This document shows, piece by piece, positions 11,356-23,722 of a DNA stretch of 54,240 bases (position 1 is the first letter of the stretch; the number at the start of each line of letters is the position of its first letter). Both the position numbers and the translations under genes were made by a program. The notes under the pieces were generated by a model. That model was not told where the DNA came from and made no database searches. It saw only the letters and a list, made by a program, of their open reading frames with translations. This DNA is from Saprolegnia diclina VS20 (taxonomy: Eukaryota): positions 911,050-965,289 of the forward strand of contig NW_008246073.1 in assembly GCF_000281045.1 (NCBI RefSeq), written 5' to 3'.

Positions 11356-12080
11356 ATGAAGTACCTCGAGGAGCCGAGCCTGGACTGGGCCAACGCGGCC
11401 ATGAGCGAGGTCAGCGTCGGCGACCGGGTCATCAACGGCCGCATCGAATGCTTCTCGTGCAAGAAGGCCGGCGCCGACAAGAAGCTGGCCAAGAGCCTCC
11501 AGCTGCAGTACCAGGCGGTCGGCGAAGCCAGCGCCAACCCGCTCGGGTCGCTCGCCGACGCCAACACGCGCAAGCTGCTCATCAACTTGATCTCGACGAT
11601 GAACGCGTCGTTTCCGGACTATGACTTTTCCGACTTGAAGCCCGAGCAGTTCCAGAAAGAGGTCGACTTGCGCATGGTCGTCAACGGCGTGAACGCGCAG
11701 CTGGCCGAGATTGTCGAGATGGACGACATGGGCTTTCTCGAGAAGCTGTGGGACTCGATCTTTGGCGCGATTTCGCCCCGCGACTGCGAGATTTACAGCT
11801 ACATCCCCGACATGGACGGCTGCTCGGACCCGTTCAGCGATGGCACGCTCTGGTCGTTCAACTATTTTTTCTACCACAAGACGGCCAAGAAGATCTTGTA
11901 CTTTACGTGCATGTCCCGAAGGTAAACGCTTATGTGACGACAGCAGGCGCTCATGATGCTACGTGTAGTATCATTAGCGACACGGACATGGACGACGACG
12001 AGGCCATGGAGACGGCCGACGAGAGCGAGAACGAAGACTATGACGACGGCGACGAAGTCATGAACGAGATGGACTGGTAA
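11356..12080 (+). CDS. MAF1: Repressor of RNA polymerase III transcription MAF1; intron 11922-11968
   Basis: MKYLE, GRIECFSCK, LISTMNASFPDYDFS, IYSYIPD, DPFSDGTLWSFNYFFYHK and an acidic tail. Confidence 0.95.
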
Positions 12081-12357
12081 TGCGATCCACGACGGCTATA
12101 GCTTGACGGATGGTGTGCGCCCAGGGAGGACGGTGTCTAAGGCGTGTGCACGGCGCCGAGCTCAACTCGGAACTCGACGCACTCCATACGAGGCTGCGCC
12201 CTCCTCCTCCTCTCCACCTCTTTTCTCTTGTACCAGTAGCCCCGTTGTGTGCTTTCGTTTCTCGTTTTTCTATAAATGTCCCGTAAATTTACACAAAAAA
12301 TCATGTTTTTTCACAATATGTCGTTTCCGATGTACACTATGTCCTATACTCTACGAA

Positions 12358-15300
12358 TTATCGGTAAAGCGGTCGGAGACGGGGCATGAGCGCTTGGTTG
12401 ACGCCTTCGATCTCGTGCTGGATGACTGCTTTGACCTTGGTCGAGTACGCCGACTTGGGTCGGGCGTCCATGATGGCTTCGACCGTGGCCTGGTTGCTGC
12501 GCAGAGGTCGCGACGACGGCCCCGGCCGCGCGTACCCCGACGTCTGCGGGCGCGCCATCGGCTTCATCGGCGACTGGAACGCCCGCGTCATCGACGATTT
12601 CGGGCGGCTCGCGTTGATGCGCGTGTGGCGGAACGGCTCGGGTGTCGGCGCCGTGAGCTCTTGCAGCGCAGTAAGCTCGCGTACTGCGTCGGCGTGCTTG
12701 GCGTTGGCGGCGACAGCCTCGTCGTTCAGTCGCTGCAACTCGGTCTGCACGAGGTCCTGCGCGTGCGCGCGGGCGTGCGTGAGCTGGTCGAGCGCCGACG
12801 CCTTGAGGCGCATCTCGGCCTTGACTTGGGCCTGGAGCCGGCGAATCTCCATCTGCATGTGGTGTGTCGCCCGCTCGTAATGCGCTCGCATGACAGCCAC
12901 GTTCTCTTCCTGGAGTTTCGGCTCCGGCTCGTCGATTCCCGGGCCATCCGAGTCCGAGACGCCAGCGCTGCTCTCGTCGTCGTCGTCCTCTGCGTCGACG
13001 TCGTTGTTTGTGCCGTCGTCCTTGCTCGGTGGCGTCGGGTCTTTCGCCGGGCTGCCGACAAGGTTGACGGCCGACGCGTCCGCTCGACCAGCGACCACGC
13101 TGCTGCGGCGGGTGCGCAGTCGCTGCGTAAACGACGAAAGCGCCGAGAACGCCGGTGCCGTCGTCGGTGCCGTCGTCTCGAATGGCTCGGCGGTCGACGA
13201 GGCCGATGCGCGGGTCGCATAACCGGGCAGCGCGACGACCGCGAGCTGCTTGCGCAAGCTCACAATCTCGGCCCGCGATGCCTCGAGCTGCACCTCGAGA
13301 CGTGTCTTTTCATGCTGCGCCACCTTGGCCTTCGCTAGCTGGGCGTGCAAGAGGCCAAGCGCTTTCTCGTGACCCGCGACGAGCGACGCTTCCCGCAGCT
13401 CGTACAAGGCGCGCACCTTGACGAGCGCGTGCTTCAAGTTGGTGTTTTCGTCCATTATGAGCTAGACACCCTGCTTCACTACAACGTCGGAAGAGAGAGG
13501 GATGTGTACATCGATTTCTTCGTTGGCGCGCACACCGCGCACGAGGTGGCTCTTGTCTTGCATCGGAACTGCCCCGGATGCAATGAAGGACTCGATCGAG
13601 GCCTTTTGCTGCGCGTGAATCTGCTGGCGCAAGTCCTACCAAACATATAGCCCACATTGCACATGTAACTATAGATCAAGAGGCATCTACCGCTTGCACA
13701 CTCGCACGGTACTCGTCAAACTTGGCGTGCTTGGCAATGACCGCGCTCGAGAGGTCGCGGAGCTTGGCTTCGTACTCGGCGCGGACGCTCGCTGTGACGT
13801 TGGCGCGCTGGACGTCACCTTCGTGGGCCAACCGCCCGAGCTCGTGCCGCGCGCGCTCCAAGTCCAATACGATCGCATACGACTAGAGACATTCGAATGC
13901 GCTTTGGAAGAATGCCGCGCGCATCTACCTTGTCCACAACGGCAGTCGTGCGGTCGTGCTCGGTTTCGTGTGCTGCGCGCGCCAACTTTGCGATCAAGTC
14001 GGTCTGCGAGACTTCCAAAACGCGCACGGCGTGCCGCAGCTGCGTGTTGACGTGCTCGACGCTCTGCAGTCGAGTAGCGGCGTCCCGTTGGCTGGCGGTG
14101 TGGACAGTACTGCAAAAGCGCGTCAGCAGCGCCTCGACGTCCGCATTCGGGGCCGCGATGTTGCGCAACACGTCCGAAACGAGCACCGACTAGAAGAGGC
14201 GTGTGACCTGCTGTGGTAGAGGACACGTACCGTGGCATGCTGTGTGTCATGCGGCGGCGAGGGTGATGCAATAAGATGATGGAACATCGCCGTGCACTGT
14301 GCCCTGTCGGCGTTGACAAGGCAGAGCTCCAAGTAGTTGCGCAGGTTGTCCATATACTGGTCGAGAATGCGGGCGTCGGGTACGTCCAAATCGAGCTGCT
14401 GCCGACTGAGCTGCTTCTTGGGGACATCGCCCGCGGCCATTTCCGTGGTCAGCACGCGCCATAGACCTACTGTGGCCTCGCCACTCTCGGACGTCGGCTG
14501 CGCAAAGTAGCTCGCGCGCAGCCCCAAGAAGGCTTCGAATTTCTGCAGATACGCCTTCCCGGCGCTGTTTTCGACGCAGCGAGCCTCGAGGCGTTTAAAG
14601 AGCACGCGGGCGTTCTGGACGACGGCATCGGGGAGACCGCGGAGCAACGTGACACCCGGCATCGCGCTGCGCTTGCCGTACGTCGCGACAACCCACGCGC
14701 CTAGAGTACATGCCAATGGTAGCAATCTCGGTCACAAGACTAGGTACACACACCTAGGAGTCCAGTCGATGTGAGGTTTCCAAGTCGAGTGGGAAGAGGC
14801 AACGTACCTTCCTGCTGAAGCGGCGGGACGACACTCGGGTCGCGCAAGAGGGCTTGCAGCGTGAGCCATACGCATGTGACTGACGTCTCGCGTTTGGCGT
14901 GAAGCCAGTCGAGGACCACGGCGAGCGGCTCGGCGGGCGCGCACTGGTGCTGCAGCTGGTGCACCTACAGTCGCCGTAGATCGGGGCCATGGGATGGGGG
15001 GACGTACGAGTTCGCGGACTTCGTTGCCAAAAACATCGTCGACGGCGTGGCGATGCAAAACCGCGCGAAAGCACAGGCAGTGCACAATGTCTTGAAAGCG
15101 AAGGTACAGCAACAGTGTCGGGCGAAGTAGCGTCTCGGTCGTTTGAAAGTACTGCAGAATGCGCTGTGCGCGGGGCAAGTGCAAGAGCTGCGAGAGATCG
15201 CCTGGTATCCATTTTGCCTCGTAAAGTGTTTCGGTCGGTTTGGACAACTTGTCTTCAAGCGGCACCAGCTCGTCGAGAAACCAGCGCTCGAGTGGCGCCA

Positions 15301-18282
15301 TTTGTGGTGGCACGAACGGGTTGCCACACGGTGCCTGCACGCGGCGGCCAATCACATCGAGATTCGCTATGACGTGGCAGAGCTGCGTCACAAGCGTTTC
15401 ATTGGCCACGTCCTCGAGCAACTGCGCATTGTAGAGCCGGAGGGTATCGTGCATGAGAGTCTCCAAGCTCTCGCTTGCATGCATCGTATCGACTTTGATC
15501 GCGTACGCCGAGTTGAGCTCGGCGATAATGCACGAACGCCTTGTCTCGGGCTGGACGAGGAGTGGACGCAGTGTGTGGCGCTCGTCGTTGACGCGCGCGC
15601 GGACTTTTTCCGCTAGCAGCCGCCGCCCCACTGCGCTCTCGAGGTGCATGAGAAAGCTCTGGTGGTTGGCGTCGAGCTCCACTTTCCTTAGCTGCTTGGC
15701 GATGTGCGCTTCAAACAGCGCCTCGTACGTCATCTCAAAGTCGTCGAGCGGGTCCAGCACGAGCCGATTGAAGCGGAGGCACGCGCCTTGAAACGCAAGC
15801 TCGGCGCGCTGTGCGACCACAGTCGCCGCGAGCCACGCCAAGGGCGCGTCGCCGTTGATTTGGACTTGGACCCAGTCGAGGATGCACCGCAGTCGCGGCC
15901 ACGAAGCGAAGTCGAGCGCCTCAACCGCGACCGGGTGCTCGAGGTACAACTCGGTCGCCGCTGTTGGTGTGAGTGCAAAAGGCACCAAGCTCGCGCGCGA
16001 CATGGCGTCGACGTGCGCCGACGCATAGACGAGCCGACTCAGGTCCATTTGACGCTGCACAAACCGCACGGCGCGCCCGATGTACTTGATTGTGGTGTCT
16101 GCATCGCCACCGCTTTGGCGCGACAGATCCCGCGCAGCTTCCGCGACAATCGACGACGTCGTGTCGTCGGTGTAGTACTGCACGTAGCGCGACGTAGTCC
16201 AGAACGAGCTCGACGCATTCGTGTAGCCGTGGTCTTCGTCCAAAACGCGGTGCCAGAGCACGACAGCGTGTTCCAAGACGGCGCGGTCCAGCGCGAGCTT
16301 GTGCAGCACCCGAGACGCCGGCATGCGTGTCTCGACTGCCAGCAACGCCGTCTGCAGTGCTTGGACCACGTCGACGATGGCCTCGAGCGGTGAAAACGCC
16401 ATCGCGTCAACTGCAAGCGTCGGCACAAGGCGCGCTTCCATGTCCACCAGCAGCTGCCGCTGCACGTCCCGCACGACGACCTGAAACGAGTAGGCATCCC
16501 AAAAGTACGAGGCGTCCTTATCGACAAGGGGGGTCGTATGAACCCACGTCACAAGCGTTTGGCGAAGTGTGGCTTGGGCGACGGGCGATGTCACGCGCAG
16601 ATAGAGGCGCGTAAAGACGTCGTAGAGCAACCGAACGTTGGCTTCGAGAAAGTACATGGCCGCATCGTACAAGTCAACAAGGGTGCTGCTACGGTCCACG
16701 ATCGGCGCGGTCCGACTCTCTTGCTCCGCGTTGCGCACGTAGCGACTGCCCATGGCGACAAGGTGGCGGTCGAGCGCCATCGCTTCCTCCCATGCAGCGT
16801 CGTACAAGAGAACACCGCCGTCGGTGCTGTGAACAATCAAATTCGGCTCGGAGATGACGTCGTACGCATCCCGCCCGGTGCTGGCGGCGTCGAGGCAGAT
16901 ATGGCGCTCGATCGAGGACGCGACGTTGAGTAGCTCGAGAAAACGGTGTTTGGTGTGGCGTACATAGAGGTGCCGCAGGAGGTAATAGCTCTTGAGCTTG
17001 GCGTCGCTCGGTGGCGGGTCGAGATCGGCGTCGACGAGCGTGGCGTGGGACCGCTTGAGATGCGTCGTCGCCAGCGTTTCAAGTCGCTCCATCACCCGCG
17101 TGACATCTTGGACAAGTGCAAAGTGCACTTCGGCGTCGAGCAGCATGTCGGGCGGATGGGTGTTCACCTCGTGACGCGCCCAGTGTGACGCGATTGGAAA
17201 AAGCGACCCGAGCGACCACGTCGTGCGCATACGCGTGACGCGGCGCGTGTCATCGACGAACGGTGTCCAATGCGAGGCAAAATGCATCGGAAAGAGCTGC
17301 CGCACCGCGTGCAGGAGGTCGTCGTCCGACTCGAGCTCGGGGCGGTCATCGTGATAGCCCAGTTTGCGCAAAAAGTTGATGATGGCCACGTCAACTGCCG
17401 CAGCCTACACGCATCATCGCGCGTGCAGATCGCGTTCATAGTACGAGAGTACCGAAACAAGAAAGATCGGCGGGGCGTCCGCGCGACTGCCAGCTTCGTC
17501 GCTCTCGGGACTTGGCGACGCGGGAGCACTGCACTGCACCATAGCGTGCATGCGTCGAAGCAGCGACGGGCGGTGGCTCTCCGCAAGCCACGAGAGGTGC
17601 GTCATAAAGCGCGCCGTCAGTTTTGTGTGTCGGAGCTGGGCCTCGAGAAAGCTCAAGTACCGGCCAAGATCGTCGACGTCGGCTGCCTTTGTGTCGTTGA
17701 GACTATCGTCCCACGTCAATCTACAGCGATAGCAAGATACGGGATGTACCGCGCCAGTGCCAAGGTCGTTGCAGCTTCGTCGGCTTGGATGGAGCTGGCC
17801 TCGGCGTCAAGGGCGGCGACGAGCTCGGACATAACGCGATGGGTCCGCGAGAGCCGCGAGAGTGTCTAGCACCATTGCGTTAGACGTGTTATGTGTAGCG
17901 GATCGTATACATTGGCGCGGTGCGTCCGCAGGCGGTCGCTTCGATCGACGAGATAGCGTGAGACGTCGTCCACGATAGCGTCGTGCGCTGGCACCGCCGA
18001 ATGCAAGGACGACTCGACCCATAGCTCGTCTTGGAGCGCCAGGCTTGGTGCAATGAGACGCCGAAGCACGAGAGACCGCGCGTCCTCGAGCGCGCTTGCG
18101 GTCGGTAGCCGCATCGATGTGTCGCACCGTCGGTGGCGCTGGATCGTCTGGAGCTCTCGGCCATGTACGGTCAAGGTCGCTTTGAGTTTATCTTTGGCCT
18201 CCAAGAGCTGTTGCTTCCAGTACGACGCGCCAAAGCGCATCGCAGCTTTCGGTGACGCTGGCTCGTCCACCGACCCCGACAT
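12358..18282 (-). CDS. Large multi-exon protein resembling CCDC162/DUF4549, with C-terminal coiled coil
   Basis: Chain of minus-strand coding segments (17866-18282, 17414-17719, 14732-17389 and onward to 12358-13455) linked by short GT-AG introns; 'DDLGRYLSFLEAQLRHTKLTARFMTHLSWL' recalls the DUF4549 family; exact exon borders not all resolved. Confidence 0.6.
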
Positions 18283-18798
18283 TTTACAACGTAAAGAGGC
18301 TATCGCTTTCGTGAAACGTATCGCGGTTGCCAGTCGTAACCAAATTCCTCTGTGAGGATTTCAGCCAATTCTAAAAATCACTTTTGTCTGTCGGCATTTT
18401 CTTTGATCGGTACGCTTCGCTTGCTATGCAGCCCTCAACTGCCAACCCTATGTGTCCAGTCTGCGCCAAACGCCAGATTTTGCACTTTACAGTGGACGAA
18501 AGGTGCGACAGCGAACGGGCGCGCGATCGTGTCGGCCGCTCTCTACCGGTACTCGCCCAATTGCCCCGCCATTGTGACGCTGTAGGACACGACCCAGCGC
18601 TTTCGTCGCTAAGGATATGGTTTGTGTTGGGAGGTTGCCGCCACCCAAGAAGGGGCCGGTGGGTGGGATCAATAGCTTGAAAAACTTAGAGTTCGATACA
18701 CAGGGTGCTCCGGAGGCGTAAAGGCATATTGCCTGAATCGCCACCATAGCCTCCTCAGGGAGGAGTAGCGGGTTGCTTAATGGGAGCCGAAAACTGGA

Positions 18799-20316
18799 TT
18801 GCGAGCGTTATTCCTTCTCGAAAAGCAAACCACCCCCTATCCTGTCCTGGATTCACAGCAAGTAACCTCACTCGCGATAGAACCGCGCGATAAGCTGTAT
18901 GCGGCCACCCTTCAAGTTAAGTTGACGACGGCGGACGTCCCCGACCTCCGGCTTGTCCAAGTGGGCACGTGGCTGGCGACACCGGCGCTCGCAAGCGTCT
19001 TTGAAGGCTTCCCGCCCGCTGTGTACGTACGTCAAGAGATGGAGATGGTGTGGGACCTCTGCCGCGTCAACTTTACGTCGCCTGATGCCAGCGACCGCGA
19101 GCTGGGTACTATGACGGACGCGGCGTCGATGCGCTGCCTCTCTTGCTCGTGGGCTGTCGGTCACTCGGTGTTGGTCGCTCTCTGGGTCGCCTACCTCGGC
19201 GTCTATCACGACTTTGACATTCTCCTCTTGCGCGCTGTCCCACAAGTCCGTAGCAACGAACCAGACGAGTATGTACGTCAAGACGCGGTAGTCTGGGTGC
19301 GTGGCGACACCGTGACCAGCTGTCCGGGCATTGCACGAAGCAACCTCGCCACGCGCATGGAGGCAGCTGCGTCGACGAGCCGCTCGCAGCACAAGTCGCT
19401 TTTGTTTGTTGCGGACGGGTACGCGCCGTCCGAGATGATCACACCCGGGTCATTGCTTGGTGCGCTCACAGCGTGCCACGTCATTGCGTCATCAGCCAGT
19501 GGGCACGACACCACGGAGCGCGTGTCGGTGGCGCTGCCCGCGTGGTCGAAAGGCGATTTGGCTCACGTGCAGAACGAGACGATCGCGTCGGCGGACGAGC
19601 GGTATGCGATGGTGGGCGGCTGCGTTCGTCAGTTTCTCGAGCGCCCGCTTCTGACGTGGCGAGACGCACCGGACAGCGTCGCGTCGACGGAGCAGGTGTA
19701 CATTCACGACACGCACGACTATGTGCACTATGTGCTGGCGGCCCATCGGTGCGCCGTCGTCGATGTCAAGCGTGCGCTGCGGCGTCTGACGACGTCGCTG
19801 TCAACGGCGTACTTGACCGAAATGCTCGAATGGACAGCGACATCGTCCAACGAATCGCTGTACGAACTGCTCTTTGACGCGACGATCCGCAAGCGCGCAG
19901 TTGACGGCGCGCTCCAGCTGTCGACGGGCGATGCGTCGCGCACGCTGGCAGTGACTGGCAAGGTCGTGGCGCATGGTGAAAGCACCGGCGCTTGCCTCCA
20001 TTACCTGACAACCGACTTGGAGGATGCCACACATTGGCTTCCCCACCGAGCCGTGTCGTTTGGTGCGGTGGACGCAGTCGTCGTGCAAGACCGGTGTGTC
20101 TACGACCTCAAGACGACGGTGGCTACGGACATGCCGAGCATCGACTCGGCGTCGTTGCAGACGGTCCACGCGGCGGTGGTCGCCAACCCGAACGTTGCGG
20201 AGTACGACCATGTCTATGTGTTTGTGACGCCGGCAGGACGAGCCTGGCAACGTAGTATGGACAACCGTGCAAGCCAACTGCCAGGACTTTGCGTCTGGTG
20301 TGCGCCCGTGCTCTAG
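18799..20316 (+). CDS. Crinkler (CRN)-like C-terminal NTPase plus restriction-endonuclease-fold protein, degenerate; start uncertain
   Basis: Motif order typical of CRN C-termini: VYVRQEM, degenerate P-loop 'SWAVGHSVLVAL', Walker-B-like 'LLFVADGY', 'VALPAWSKGDL', 'ERYAMVGGCVRQFL', 'YELLFD', 'HWLP...FGAVDAVV...LKTTVA'; first in-frame ATG only at about 19038. Confidence 0.7.
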   Translation: MRALFLLEKQTTPYPVLDSQQVTSLAIEPRDKLYAATLQVKLTTADVPDLRLVQVGTWLATPALASVFEGFPPAVYVRQEMEMVWDLCRVNFTSPDASDRELGTMTDAASMRCLSCSWAVGHSVLVALWVAYLGVYHDFDILLLRAVPQVRSNEPDEYVRQDAVVWVRGDTVTSCPGIARSNLATRMEAAASTSRSQHKSLLFVADGYAPSEMITPGSLLGALTACHVIASSASGHDTTERVSVALPAWSKGDLAHVQNETIASADERYAMVGGCVRQFLERPLLTWRDAPDSVASTEQVYIHDTHDYVHYVLAAHRCAVVDVKRALRRLTTSLSTAYLTEMLEWTATSSNESLYELLFDATIRKRAVDGALQLSTGDASRTLAVTGKVVAHGESTGACLHYLTTDLEDATHWLPHRAVSFGAVDAVVVQDRCVYDLKTTVATDMPSIDSASLQTVHAAVVANPNVAEYDHVYVFVTPAGRAWQRSMDNRASQLPGLCVWCAPVL

Positions 20317-20793
20317 ACACTTGGGAGTCGTGTCATATTGCTGTGTAAAGTAAGACATTCTTGTTGCACGGTATGCCATCGACCTATCCAACGCGTAGCG
20401 CAAGGGCGTATAGGTGGTGCGTGTGCGCAGGTCCCGAGACCGCCACACATGAGGACGACCGTTGGGCAGAGCTGACTGCGTCCTCGCATGCACTGTTCCA
20501 ACTTGGCCATCGCAGCCACTGCCCCGCGCATCTATAGTATAAGCCGAGTCGCAAGCAAAGATCTAGGGTGGTTCACTCGACCGTGTCCCACATCTCGCTG
20601 CTGGTCTTGTCGTTGCTGCTGGCTGAGAAGGCTGGTGCTGGCCCGTATCCGACCGGCCTTTCTGGTGCAATCTTTCGCCAGAGTGTTGGTCGCGCCATCT
20701 TCTTCGATGGCCGTTGGACTTGGTTTGAGTATAGGTCGGAAATGAATTTAAATCCCGAAAATTATTTATTTTGGCATTTCTGGCTCCGTTGCC

Positions 20794-23664
20794 ATGATGC
20801 TCGGCGTCGGCGAAGACGTGCACCTGGACGACGTCGCCAGCATCCAGCGGCCGGGCCTGGCCCATGCAGCCTCGGTGCCATCGATGGCCTCGAGTATGCG
20901 CCCGTCGCTCGCGTACTCCAAGAGCCCGCGCCACGTCGGCGCCGTCGGCAAGTTTCGGTACCTCACGCCGGCGGACCTTCAGAGCAGCAGTGGCCAAGCG
21001 CCGTACGACTATGTCGTGATCGTGCATCGAAGCGTGCGCGCGATAGCGGACGAAGGCTGGTGCTGGCCCACGTCGGCGGCCGAGCGGCTCGGGTTTCGGC
21101 GGCTCTGCATGGTGAGCAGCCCGCTCCTCGAAGACGGCGAGGACGAACACCGGCGGCTCGTTGAGAAGCTCTGCGCCCAGGGCCTCCTCATCGACATCAT
21201 TGACGGCGGTCATTCGTCGAGCAGCGAAATGACGAGCGAGTACCTCCTCTTGCTTGTGCGCGTGTCGGACGAGGTTGCGACCGCGTACGCCAAGAAGTTT
21301 CGGCGCAAGCTGTGGCTCGACCACGGCGGTGTGAGCGACATGCCACAGGACTTTGTCGATGCCGAAAAGCCGATCACGCCCGCCGAACGCATTGAAATCG
21401 TCCAGTTTATCATCGAGCAGCGCGCGCAGCTCTCAATGTCGGACCGCTGGCTCCACACGATGCTGCCAGTCCACGACACCAAGAGTACGAACGCCCTCGT
21501 CACCGATTTCATCTTTTCAACGGACCTCGAGCGGCGCAACTCGGCCTTCGTCGACAGTCTTCGCCACAACTTTGGCGAAAAGGTCGCGTACTACTTTGCG
21601 CTCATGCACTTCTACACAAAAGCGCTCGTACCGATCGCCCTTGGCGGCGTCATCATGCAGGTCTTGCGGCACACCCTGCCGATGACGACGTACATGCGCC
21701 TCTTGCCGATCTGGGGCCTCCTCGTCTCGGTCGTCTGGAGCTTCTCGTTCCTGAAAGCGTGGGACCGCCGCAACGCCCATATGCAGTTTGAGTGGAACAA
21801 CAAGCTCATTGTCAAGCAGATCGAATACCCGAACAGAGACTTCCACGGCGACGACGTCCACGACTCGCTGATTGGCGAGCCGATCAAAGTCTACGCAGCG
21901 TGGAAGCGGTACCCGACCCATGTGCTCGGCGTGCTCTTCCTCCTCTGCCAAACCGCGCTCATGCTCATGCTTGTCGCGCTCTGGGTCTCGATCTACGAGA
22001 TGATCAAGGACAAGTACAAGGCGTCGAGCGGGTTTCTCTCCAAGCAGTGGTGCCTCATCCTCCTCGAGGGTATTGTCTTTGGCTTCTTTGTCGACGTGGT
22101 CCAGTGGAACCTTGTCGTCACGAATATGGGTCGTCTCTTTACGATATGGGAAAACTACAAAACCGAAGAGGCGTACGAACGCGCGCTCATCACGAAGCTC
22201 TTTGGTATGGACTTTCTCAACTACTTTACGTGGTTCTTCTCGCTCGCGTTCGTGTACGTGATTCCCGGCTGGGGCAATGCGCTCACCAATGGTCTCAACA
22301 CGCTCGTGTTCCAAGACCCTTCCAACTGCTGCTTTGGCCCGGACCTGCAATCGCCGACGCTCTGTGCGCGCTGCCCGAACGGCGCCGCGCCGTGCGTGCC
22401 GTGCCGTGGGTACTTTACCTTTGACCGCCGCCACGTCGACTTGAGCGCCATGTTTGTGACGCCGATCATCGTCACGCAGCTGCTCAACATCGTCCTCGGC
22501 GTGCTCATGCCGCTTTTGAGCAAGATCCAAGGCGAGCGCGCACGCGCCGCGGCCGACCGCGCGGCCCAAGACCGCGTGCGCCAAGGCGGCTCGATGAAGA
22601 TCCTCGGGTCCCTCGACTACGACGCCTCGTACGCTCCACAACAAACGCAGTGTCGTGTATACTCATGCAGACGATGATGTAGGAACGCACACTTTAGCAA
22701 CAAGGACCAGACGCGGTACCTCGAGTACACGGCCACTGAGATTGAGATTCTCAACCAAAAGGTAGTATACGCGTTGATGAAGCGGCCAGCGGACGAGGTT
22801 GATTGGTGGGTGGCGTAGGCGCGGGACGTGCTCTTTGAGAGCGAGCAGACGGCGTACGACCCGTACAACGACTTCCACACGCTCACGGTACAATTCGGCT
22901 TTACCGTCATGTTTTCCATCTTGTGGCCGCCGATGCCGATGGCGTGCCTTCTCATCAATCTGCTCAAAGTACGCACGGACGGCTACCGCCTCTGCCGGAC
23001 GCTCAAGGTACACCCATCGATGCTCGTCGATACCCACCGCTTCGTAGCGCCCGCACCCGCGCAAGGCCAACGGCATTGGCACCTGGCGCAGCATCTTTTC
23101 GGCCTTTGCCTACATCGCCGTCCTCATCAACGTAATACGTCGTCTTGACAAGCTGTCGTGAGGACTCATGCTCGACTAGGTGCTCCTAGTGTGCCTCTCG
23201 ACAGGTATATCGGAGGCATGCAGCGTATCTGAGCGCAAGTAGGCGCGATGGAGTTTTACAGCCCGAGTTGCGTCCAGGAGTACGCCTCGGAGCTGGCGAA
23301 AGAAGGCAAGACGCTGCAAGACTTTGTGTTTGGCCCCAACTTTGACTGCGTGAGCCCGACGCTGCGCCTTGTCGTGATCCTCGTCCTCGAACATCTCTTC
23401 CTCCTCTTTGTGTACGTGGCCATGCGCCGCGTCTCGAGCGTTCCGTTGTCGCTCGAGCGCATCATGGCAGCGCGCGAACTCGCCTTCAAAAAGATGCTCG
23501 AAAGCTGCGAGAACGTGCTGCCGCTCGCGCGCAAATGTCCCGAGGCCACGCCGCCCGCCTGCGCTCCACGCCGCCCCGCGACCAGTGCCAAGGGCCCGCG
23601 TCGCCTGAGCAAGCCCAGTTTCGAAAAGGCCGAGCTCGCGCGGCAGTGGGCCGACACGCCATGA
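20794..23664 (+). CDS. Anoctamin/TMEM16 family Ca2+-activated channel/scramblase, multi-exon
   Basis: 'LRHNFGEKVAYYFALMHFY', 'WENYKTEEAYERALITKLFGMDFLNYF', 'QFGFTVMFSILWPPMPMACLLINLLKVRTDGYRLC', 'RPHPRKANGIGTW', 'VILVLEH'; several short introns at the 3' end. Confidence 0.92.
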
Positions 23665-23722
23665 ACAGGCTCTTGACGTTTTACATGTTATAACACGCAA
23701 CAACGTGTCGGCGTCTCGCACC

